Shown piece after piece: positions 17,997 through 25,003 of a DNA stretch of 39,981 nucleotides (position 1 is its first letter; every line of letters starts with the position of its first letter). This DNA comes from Nitrospirota bacterium (GTDB lineage: Bacteria; Nitrospirota; Nitrospiria; Nitrospirales; NS-4). Where the stretch lies: the NCBI GenBank assembly GCA_005877505.1, contig VBOO01000060.1, positions 1 through 39,981 of the forward strand, written 5' to 3'. The position numbers and the translations under genes are program-made. Under the pieces are notes generated by a model, which was not told where the DNA came from, did no database searches, and worked only from the letters and a program-made list of their open reading frames with translations.

Positions 17997-19172
17997 ATGA
18001 TACGGGAAGCATCGATGTACGTGCCAGGCTGGCCAGGTCTCAAACCAGGGTACTTCTTTGGGGTGCCCTCGACCAACGGTCTGCCGTTCCCCCTCAATGC
18101 CCAGAACAAGACGTATTTCTACGTGGCGCGGAGCGGGATCTACCACCTGGTGCGTGCGCTGGGGTTTCAGAATGGGGACACCGTCTTGATGCCGGACTAC
18201 CATAGCGGCGTCGAGGTCTGGGCCGTCCGGGCGGCTGGCGCCCGCGTTCGGTATTACCACATCAACCGGAATATGGAGCCGGATCTGGATGAGTTACGAC
18301 AATTGTCCAGATCCAATCCACGGGCGCTGTTTCTCATCCACTACTTGGGCTGGCCGCAACCGATGAAGGAGCTCATGGCCTTGTGCCGAGAGCGGGACAT
18401 GATTCTGATAGAAGACTGTGCCCTTGCGTTGCTCAGTGAAGTCGACGGGCAGCCGCTCGGTTCGTTCGGAGACTACGCGATCTTTTGTCTCTACAAAACG
18501 CTGCCGGTTCCCAATGGCGGGCTGTTGGTGCAGAACAAGACCGTGCTTCCTGCGCTTTCCAGCATGAACTTGAAGCGCTGTGACTGGGTGTCGGTCGTCG
18601 GACGGAGTGCGGAACTGATGGTGGAATGGATGCGCGGCCGTTCAGAGCCGGTCGGGAACGCCTTGGCGTGGGCGAAACGCGCCGGCGGGAGAGCGCTGAC
18701 TGCCCTCGGCGTCAACCGGTTGCCCGTCGGGGACATCTCTCCGGATTTCCGGTCGCCGGGGTACGACGTCACCAAGCTCAATATCGGAATGTCACCGCTT
18801 TGTATGGCCATGATGACACGGTTCGACTACGAGGCGATCCGCCACAAGCGGCGGCGGAATTATTCGCTCATGCAGGAGATGCTGGCGAGTAGAGTTCCCC
18901 TTGGGCGCAAGGAGCTCCCCCCAGGGGTCTGCCCTTTGTTTTTCCCCCTGCTGGTGCCGGACAAAAGAGCGGCAGCCCGCGCCTTACGGGAACGAGGTGT
19001 CGCGGCAGTGGAGTTGTGGAATTACGGCTTTCCCGAGGCGAAAGGGGAAGAAGGCCGGGATGCGAGGTTCCTGCGAGACCATGTCCTGGAACTGCCCATT
19101 CATCAAGATGTGACACCTTCGCAAGTGGAATATGTGGCTGATCAGGTGCTGAGTCTGGGGTTGAATTTCTAG
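17997..19172 (+). CDS. DegT/DnrJ/EryC1/StrS-like PLP-dependent enzyme (sugar aminotransferase/dehydratase fold)
   Basis: ..ARSGIYHLVRALGFQNGDTVLMPDYHSGVEVWAVRAAGARVRYYHI.., ..LIEDCALALLSE.. and ..YAIFCLYKTLPVPNGGLLV.. (candidate PLP Lys) follow the family pattern. The start could be an internal ATG six codons downstream. Confidence 0.6.
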   Translation: MIREASMYVPGWPGLKPGYFFGVPSTNGLPFPLNAQNKTYFYVARSGIYHLVRALGFQNGDTVLMPDYHSGVEVWAVRAAGARVRYYHINRNMEPDLDELRQLSRSNPRALFLIHYLGWPQPMKELMALCRERDMILIEDCALALLSEVDGQPLGSFGDYAIFCLYKTLPVPNGGLLVQNKTVLPALSSMNLKRCDWVSVVGRSAELMVEWMRGRSEPVGNALAWAKRAGGRALTALGVNRLPVGDISPDFRSPGYDVTKLNIGMSPLCMAMMTRFDYEAIRHKRRRNYSLMQEMLASRVPLGRKELPPGVCPLFFPLLVPDKRAAARALRERGVAAVELWNYGFPEAKGEEGRDARFLRDHVLELPIHQDVTPSQVEYVADQVLSLGLNF

Positions 19173-19216
19173 CATTTGTCCCTTGGTAAGTCTCTCGTGC
19201 AGCCTGGGAAGCCGTC

Positions 19217-19270
19217 ATGAACGCGATCAAGCTCTACGCGGTGATAGCCGTCACAAGACCGACCGCTTAG
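19217..19270 (+). pseudogene. 5' stub of a hexapeptide acetyltransferase gene (duplicate of the start of 22194-22649)
   Basis: 19217-19235 atgaacgcgatcaagctct matches 22194-22212 atgaatgcgatcaagctct at 18 of 19 nt. It encodes MNAIKL.. then diverges and stops after 17 codons (TAG 19268-19270). Confidence 0.6.
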
Positions 19271-19384
19271 CCCAGCCTTTATACCCAGAAAGAGGCCGCG
19301 CCGTCTCTGACTTCACGGATTTTCCCCTGTGAAATTGGAGTATTCCATGGATTCTCAAAACGTCGTCGGAGAGTAAGGTTTAGC

Positions 19385-20758
19385 GTGCGTCGAATGCATA
19401 GCAGACCCCTGAAACCGGAGCCGGCGCCATTCACCGCGCCGGAAAGCAGTCAGCAATCGTTAAGGGGAAACGCGTTGAGTCCAATAGTAACCGATGTGAG
19501 AGGCCGTGTGGAGGGCCTGGAAAACCTCCCGCTAACAGTCACATTCGATGCGCTGGTGCTTGATGCGCGTCTGAGGCAGTCGCTCGTGACCGTGCGCTCG
19601 CTTGGTCGGCGGGGGCACTCCGTTGCCGCAGTGGAGTCCTTCAACAACGTCCCGGCGTTTTCGTCACGTTGGTGTCGGCAAGGATTCGTGTGCCCGGCTG
19701 ACGAGGGGTCAGCCGCCTACCTGGCCCACCTGGAACAGTTGCTAAGGCGTATAGATGCACGAGTGCTCATTCCCTCGGCTGACGGCACGATCGAACTGCT
19801 TCGTCGGCATCGCGCGAGGTTAGAACAACGAGTCCGCATTGCGCTGGCGAACGAACCGGCGCTGAATATTGCGGTCAATAAAGAGCGCACGTTGGCAGTA
19901 GCGAAGGGGCTGGGACTGAACGTACCGCGCAGCCTCGTCGTGAAGACGGCAGGCGAGGTTCCGGCGGCTTTGAAGGAAATAGGGTTACCGGCCGTGGTCA
20001 AACCTGCCGAGTCATGGTTATGCTGCGAACAACACGGATCACGCGTGAATGCCCAGGTCGTTACGACTCTTGAGGAGGCACGTCGAGCAGTGGCAGAGGT
20101 GGCGCCCTTCGGGGGAGTCACACTGTTTCAGCCGCTGCTCTCAGGAAGGCGCGAGGCAGTAAGCTTTCTGTACGCCAATGGCGAAATGTATGCTCGTTTC
20201 GCGCAATGGGCAAAGCGAACACGACCGCAATTGGGAGGAGAATCGGTCCTGCGCCAGAGCGTTCCAGTCCCGCCTGATATTGGCGACCAGGCTGAACGGC
20301 TGGTGCGTGAAATAGACCTCGAGGGCTATTCGGAAGTAGAGTTCCGACGCGACAGCGCGGGCACACCATACTTGATGGAGATCAACCCGCGGCTCTCCGC
20401 ATCGGTTGAGATCGCGGTACGATCCGGGGTCGATTTCCCCTGCCTGCTTTACCAGTGGGCGAGCGGAGGGCCTATTGATAAGGTGGAAGGCTATCGAACT
20501 GGCGGCTGGATGCGCTATCTCACAGGAGACCTTATGACGACGATCACTGCGCTCCAGCAGCGAGGCAGGCCAGAAGTCACGCCACCGGTACGCGCGGTAC
20601 TGGGCTTTGCTCACTCGTTTTTCATGCCCATGGGCTACGACTATCTGGATTGGACAGACCCTCTTCCTGCTGTCAAAGCGACAACCGATTTCATGCGTTC
20701 CTCGGTAAGAGCAGTTATGAATGGAAAACTATCCAGTTTACGCGAGAAGCCTTCATGA
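19385..20758 (+). CDS. ATP-grasp carboxylate-amine ligase-like protein
   Basis: ..FDALVLDARLRQSLVTVRSLGRRGHSV.., ..LPAVVKPAESW.. and ..YSEVEFRRDSAGTPYLMEINPRLSASVEIAVRSGVDFP.. indicate an ATP-grasp fold. The start is ambiguous (GTG 19385, ATG 19394 or further downstream). Confidence 0.8.
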   Translation: MRRMHSRPLKPEPAPFTAPESSQQSLRGNALSPIVTDVRGRVEGLENLPLTVTFDALVLDARLRQSLVTVRSLGRRGHSVAAVESFNNVPAFSSRWCRQGFVCPADEGSAAYLAHLEQLLRRIDARVLIPSADGTIELLRRHRARLEQRVRIALANEPALNIAVNKERTLAVAKGLGLNVPRSLVVKTAGEVPAALKEIGLPAVVKPAESWLCCEQHGSRVNAQVVTTLEEARRAVAEVAPFGGVTLFQPLLSGRREAVSFLYANGEMYARFAQWAKRTRPQLGGESVLRQSVPVPPDIGDQAERLVREIDLEGYSEVEFRRDSAGTPYLMEINPRLSASVEIAVRSGVDFPCLLYQWASGGPIDKVEGYRTGGWMRYLTGDLMTTITALQQRGRPEVTPPVRAVLGFAHSFFMPMGYDYLDWTDPLPAVKATTDFMRSSVRAVMNGKLSSLREKPS

Positions 20759-21987
20759 GGGTCGTACCGCAACTGGATACTTCTCAACAGTCCGTGTCCG
20801 TTACGCAATATGACGCCGTGGTCGTGGGCGCGGGTCCTTACGGTCTCTCGACGGCGGCCCATCTGCTCGGGCAGGGACGGAGAGTCGCAGTCTTCGGCAA
20901 GACACTGGAGCTCTGGCGCAATCACATGCCCAAAGGCATGCTGTTACGCTCCCACTGGTGGGCCACCAACCTCTCCGATCCACGCAAGCAGTATGGGTTT
21001 GAGCGCTTCTTCAGGGAGTCCAGATACGAGAAGTGTTTTCCCGTACCGATAGAGGTATTCGTCGACTATGCCCTCTGGTTCCAGGAACGCGCGGTGCCCA
21101 ACGTCGATGAAACCTATGTTTCTTCCGTGGAGCGTCGCGGCGATCACTTTCTATTGACACTGGAGGACGGGCGCAAGGTGCGGAGCGCTTCAGTCGTCAT
21201 GGCGACCGGCCTCTATTACTATGCGGATCGCTCGCACCCGTATACCGGTCTGCCTGCCGGACTGGTCTCGCATTCCTGCGATCACAGTGACTTCCGTCGC
21301 TTCAAGGGCAAGCAGGTCGTCGTCATCGGTGGTGGACAGAGTGCGATAGAGTTCACTGCACTGCTTCACGAGGCTGGGGCAACCGTCCACGTCGTATCAC
21401 GTCGCCCCATTTTCTGGCTTGCTCGCGACAGGGCAAACGAGCGTACTGTCTTTGAACAGATCCTGGCTCCTAACGCGAGCATTGCGCCTGGTTGGATAAA
21501 CTGGACGCTGGAGTACATGCCCTATCTCTTCTACCGCTTCTCCCAACAGCGCAAGGACAGGTTCATTTGCAATCATTACGCGGCCGCGGCTTCTGATTGG
21601 TTACAGGGGAGGGTCATCGGCAAGGCAACGCTGCACGAAGGCTACACAGTCGTCAGGACGGAGGCTGTGGACGGGAAGGTGGTCGATGTGACTATCTCCG
21701 ATGGCGAGAAGGTGCGCGCCGATCACGTGATACTGGCGACGGGATACAAAGTCGATATCAACAAGCTGACTATGATCCACCCATCACTGATGTCTGAAAT
21801 CAAGACAGATATGGGCTTTCCAATCCTGAGTCACTGGTTTGAAAGCAGTGTGCCGGGGCTTTACTTTGTCGGGCTGACCTCATTGCGCGCCTTCGGTCCC
21901 CTGTTCCGTTTTGTCGCAGGTTGTCGAGCGACGGCTCGGCGTGTTGCGAGTTCTGTAGCCCGGAAGTCTCCTCTTGGGCCCGAGTGA
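20755..21987 (+). CDS. FAD/NAD(P)-binding class-B-like flavoprotein monooxygenase
   Basis: The ATG at 20755 overlaps the ATP-grasp stop (ATGA). Two dinucleotide-binding motifs, ..YDAVVVGAGPYGLS.. and ..KQVVVIGGGQSAIEF.., plus ..VILATGYK.. resemble N-hydroxylating (IucD/PvdA/SidA-type) and CzcO-like enzymes. The listed 20650 start is an extension inside the upstream gene. Confidence 0.75.
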   Translation: MRVVPQLDTSQQSVSVTQYDAVVVGAGPYGLSTAAHLLGQGRRVAVFGKTLELWRNHMPKGMLLRSHWWATNLSDPRKQYGFERFFRESRYEKCFPVPIEVFVDYALWFQERAVPNVDETYVSSVERRGDHFLLTLEDGRKVRSASVVMATGLYYYADRSHPYTGLPAGLVSHSCDHSDFRRFKGKQVVVIGGGQSAIEFTALLHEAGATVHVVSRRPIFWLARDRANERTVFEQILAPNASIAPGWINWTLEYMPYLFYRFSQQRKDRFICNHYAAAASDWLQGRVIGKATLHEGYTVVRTEAVDGKVVDVTISDGEKVRADHVILATGYKVDINKLTMIHPSLMSEIKTDMGFPILSHWFESSVPGLYFVGLTSLRAFGPLFRFVAGCRATARRVASSVARKSPLGPE

Positions 21988-22049
21988 GACCGAGCAACTC
22001 GTTGAAGTCTGGTGCGAAACGGCAGTACGGCAGTTTGGCGCCAACACGC

Positions 22050-22156
22050 ATGACACCAGACCTGTACACGAGTGGCGAATACCTCCAGAAAAATCCCCTG
22101 TGGCATGCCGACGAATCCCGTGGAAAGCAATGAGACTGCTGGTCTTGGCAAAATGA
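22050..22156 (+). pseudogene. frameshifted, truncated 5' stub of a SAM-methyltransferase gene
   Basis: 22050-22133 reads MTPDLYTSGEYLQKNPLWHADESRGKQ*. Shifting one nt at the ccc run near 22118-22120 gives ..WHADES-PWKAMRLLVLAK* (stop 22154-22156). From memory, ..SGEYL.KNP.WH.EDSPWKA.. is the conserved N-terminus of a methyltransferase family common in O-antigen loci. The GCG.G motif region is absent. Confidence 0.45.
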
Positions 22157-22193
22157 GTGGGCAATAGTATCCTCTTCGTATCCCCTTGCCACG

Positions 22194-22649
22194 ATGAATG
22201 CGATCAAGCTCTTCCGAGTGGGGCACTGGTGTTACACCAAGGGCATCCCGGTTGTACCGAGGCTCATCTACTACTTGATTTATGTGTTCTATAACGCCGT
22301 CATCCCCATGAACACAGAGATCGGGGAGGGCACGAAATTCGGCTATGGGGGGTTGGGGGTGGTGCTTCATTGCAACTGCCGCATTGGCAGAAACGTGTAC
22401 ATCGCCCAGCAAGTCACGATCGGCGGGAGCCGGACCCCCTTTCGCAGCGTGCCGGTGATCGAAGACGACTGTTTTATCGGGGCAGGCGCGAAAATCCTCG
22501 GCCCCGTCCGCATCGGAAAGGGCTCCGTCATTGGGGCCAACGCCGTCGTGCTGGAAGACGTCCCGCCTCGTTCGGTGGCGGCAGGGGTCCCAGCCAGAAT
22601 CATCCGCAAGGACATCAACATTGAAGACTATTTCCAATTCCTATCCTAA
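22194..22649 (+). CDS. left-handed beta-helix (hexapeptide) acetyltransferase, serine-O-acetyltransferase-like
   Basis: MNAIKLFRVGHWCYTKGIPVVPRLIYYLIYVFYNAVIP.. followed by hexapeptide repeats ..IGRNVYIAQQVTIGG..IEDDCFIGAGAKILGPVRIGKGSVIGANAVV... Confidence 0.85.
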   Translation: MNAIKLFRVGHWCYTKGIPVVPRLIYYLIYVFYNAVIPMNTEIGEGTKFGYGGLGVVLHCNCRIGRNVYIAQQVTIGGSRTPFRSVPVIEDDCFIGAGAKILGPVRIGKGSVIGANAVVLEDVPPRSVAAGVPARIIRKDINIEDYFQFLS

Positions 22650-22683
22650 AGGCGACGCCCTGAGAAGTCATGCCCGCGGCGTC

Positions 22684-23880
22684 ATGGCGCCGATGGCCGA
22701 GTTGGTCGTCGAGACCGTGGAGGATCCGCGAAGCTTTGAGAGCCTCAAGGAGGAGTGGAACGAATTGCTCCGGGCCAGCCGCTCTGAATCCCTGTTCCTG
22801 ACCTGGGAATGGCTCTGGACGTGGTGGAAACACCTCTCCGATGGTAGGCGGCTTCGTCTCCTCACGGTACGCTGCGGCCGAGAGCTGATCGCGATCGCGC
22901 CGCTTGCCGTGCGTCCGCCTCGGGTGCGGCGCTTGCTTCCGTTTCGCGCGGTGGAATTCCTGGGCTCAGGCCTTATCGGCTCCGATTATCTTGATGTCAT
23001 CATCAGGGGCGGGAAGGAACAGGGCGCGTGCCACGCGCTGGCAGACTTTCTGCAACACGAGAAGCTCATGCTGGAACTCACGCAACTTGAGAGACGCTCC
23101 TGCGTGGCCGAAACGTTGGCCGCGGAATTGAAGCGGCGAGGCTGGCGCCTGTCCGAGACCAAGACCGAGGTCTGTCCGTTTATCAATCTATCCGGGCACT
23201 CCTGGCAGTCGTATCTCGCCACCCTCGGTCCGGAGCACCGCTATAACTTTTTGAGAAGGCTGAAGAACTTGATGAAACAATTCGAGGTCCGCTTCGAGCA
23301 AGTACACACGGAAGAACAGCGTCGAGAGGCGCTGCCCCTGCTCATCGCTCTGCACAATTTGCGCTGGCGGAATCGGGGCTCCTCGGAAGCTTTCTGCACG
23401 GCTGACCTGGTGTCATTCCACGACGAGCTGAGCCGCTTGGCGCTTGTGCAAGGCTGGTTGCGATTGTTCGTCCTACGGCTTGACGGCAAACCGGCGGCCG
23501 CCCTCTACGGCTTCGGCTACCACCGTGTCTTTTATTACTTTCAGGCCGGGTTTGACCCCAGGTATGGCAAGTACAGCGTCGGCCTTGTGACCATGGGGCT
23601 GGCCATCAAGAGCGCAATCGAGGAAGGCGCGGAAGGGTATGACCTCTTGCATGGCGATGAGCCGTACAAATTTCATTGGACGCGCGCGGCGCGTGAGCTC
23701 GGCCGGTTGGAGCTCTACCCGCCGGGCGCGCGCGGCTTGCTGTACAAGGGCACACTCGCGGTGAGCCGTGCAACCAGGAGAATGGCCCGGTGTGTGCTTC
23801 CGAAGACTGTCGCCGACTGGATCGTGACAGGAAGAGGCCTGCCCTTCGGAAACGGACGGGATGCTGCGGCGACTCGCTAA
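22684..23880 (+). CDS. CelD/BcsL / FemAB-like GNAT-fold acyl(aminoacyl)transferase, copy 2
   Basis: The likely start is 22684 (MAPMAELVVETVEDPRSFESLKEEWNELLRASRSESLFLTWEWLWTWWKHL..). The listed 22531 start overlaps the acetyltransferase gene. ..FQAGFDPRYGKYSVGLV.. parallels copy 1. Confidence 0.8.
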   Translation: MAPMAELVVETVEDPRSFESLKEEWNELLRASRSESLFLTWEWLWTWWKHLSDGRRLRLLTVRCGRELIAIAPLAVRPPRVRRLLPFRAVEFLGSGLIGSDYLDVIIRGGKEQGACHALADFLQHEKLMLELTQLERRSCVAETLAAELKRRGWRLSETKTEVCPFINLSGHSWQSYLATLGPEHRYNFLRRLKNLMKQFEVRFEQVHTEEQRREALPLLIALHNLRWRNRGSSEAFCTADLVSFHDELSRLALVQGWLRLFVLRLDGKPAAALYGFGYHRVFYYFQAGFDPRYGKYSVGLVTMGLAIKSAIEEGAEGYDLLHGDEPYKFHWTRAARELGRLELYPPGARGLLYKGTLAVSRATRRMARCVLPKTVADWIVTGRGLPFGNGRDAAATR

Positions 23881-25003
23881 AACAGGCTTGGCCTGCGCCT
23901 TGCATTGGACCGGAGCCGATAAGCTCATCGGCGCCCTGAACGGTTCGAGACACATGCCGCTGGTGCTTGGGTACCACCGCGTGGTCGAGGATTACACCGC
24001 CTGCGCTCGCCAATATATGCCAGCGATGCTGATCAGCCGCCGGATGTTGGAGCGCCAGCTTGACTGGATAGGGCGCCACTTCCGCCTTGTCTCCCTCGAC
24101 GAGCTGGGCCCGCGGCTTGAGTGTGGCGCGCCCTTCCACGAGCCTGTCGCAGCCATCACCTTTGATGACGGATACCGCGATGTGTACGATCACGCGTTGC
24201 CACTTTTGAAACGAAAGGGGATTCCTGCGGCAGCCTTCGTCGTGACAGACCTCATCGGGACTTCACGCTTGCAAAGCTACGACAAGCTCTACCTGCTGCT
24301 TGCCCGCGCCTTTTCCGCGTGGCGCGCTGGCCCGCGCGAGCTGGCTCGTCTGCTCCACGGCCTGGGAATCCGGCTGCCGGTGCGCGGGATGAATGACGTG
24401 AAACAGGCGCGCCATCTTGTCGCGGACCCCTATACGGCGATGCGAGTCTTGTTCACGGGTTTGCCCCAGATCGAGCTTGACCGTGTCATTGAAGCCCTGG
24501 AGGCCGAAGTCGGGATTGACGAAGGCTCCTTCAAAGACCTTCACGCCCTGACCTGGGAGATGGTCTCCGAGATGCACCGGGCCGGGATGACCATTGGGTC
24601 CCATACCCGGACCCACGCGTTGCTGCACAACGAGAGTCGGGACCGGGTCCTGGATGAAACGGGGAATTCCCGACAGGCGTTGGCGCGGAGGCTTGGGACA
24701 CGCATTCAACATTTCGCGTATCCCGACGGGCGGTTTGATACCGCGGCGGTAAGTGTGGTCGCGGATGCCGGGTATCGCTTCGCCTATACCACCTGCCTCC
24801 ACCGCGACCCCCGCTATCCCTTGCTGACCATCCCGCGCAGGCTTCTATGGGAGAATTCCTGTCTGAATGCGCTCGGGCGTTTCTCGTCACCCATCATGAG
24901 CTGTCAGGCTCATGGCGTCTTCGATGTCTTCGCCAGGTGCAGGCAAGATCACTGGTGGCCGGTGTCCGCGTCAGTGGCTCCAGGCGGGGGGCCAGGCGGA
25001 TGA
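23861..25003 (+). CDS. polysaccharide deacetylase (NodB homology domain) with an inserted ~90-aa segment
   Basis: ..VAAITFDDGYRDVYDHALPLLKRKGIPAAAFVV.. and ..MTIGSHTRTHALL.. (metal/catalytic motifs). A 20-nt overlap with the upstream gene. Confidence 0.85.
   Translation: MLRRLAKTGLACALHWTGADKLIGALNGSRHMPLVLGYHRVVEDYTACARQYMPAMLISRRMLERQLDWIGRHFRLVSLDELGPRLECGAPFHEPVAAITFDDGYRDVYDHALPLLKRKGIPAAAFVVTDLIGTSRLQSYDKLYLLLARAFSAWRAGPRELARLLHGLGIRLPVRGMNDVKQARHLVADPYTAMRVLFTGLPQIELDRVIEALEAEVGIDEGSFKDLHALTWEMVSEMHRAGMTIGSHTRTHALLHNESRDRVLDETGNSRQALARRLGTRIQHFAYPDGRFDTAAVSVVADAGYRFAYTTCLHRDPRYPLLTIPRRLLWENSCLNALGRFSSPIMSCQAHGVFDVFARCRQDHWWPVSASVAPGGGPGG

Noticed and set aside
19347-19376. 9-codon mini-ORF (MDSQNVVGE) with an upstream TGGAG in the spacer before the ATP-grasp gene; possible leader peptide
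   Set aside because: No attenuator-like hairpin or regulatory codon run follows it. A short ORF like this is expected by chance in a 212-bp spacer.
9069-21987. NRPS or hydroxamate-siderophore cluster (adenylation enzyme + carrier + N-hydroxylase-like monooxygenase + acyltransferases)
   Set aside because: No condensation or thioesterase domain, no IucA/IucC-type synthetase, and no TonB-dependent receptor or exporter. The genes are embedded between glycosyltransferase, flippase and Wzy-like genes. A glycan-decoration role is more parsimonious, although a small-molecule product cannot be excluded without experiments.
21921-22156. Listed 70-aa and 60-aa + strand ORFs at the monooxygenase 3' end and in the spacer
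   Set aside because: Their 5' parts overlap the monooxygenase gene out of frame. Only their 3' parts make sense, and together they form a frameshifted methyltransferase N-terminal stub, not functional genes.
22145-22173. Sigma-70-like promoter TTGGCA-17 nt-TATCCT upstream of the acetyltransferase gene
   Set aside because: Only a moderate match to consensus. It leaves a 20-nt leader without a Shine-Dalgarno sequence. Promoter consensus for this unidentified organism is unknown, so the evidence is too weak to annotate.
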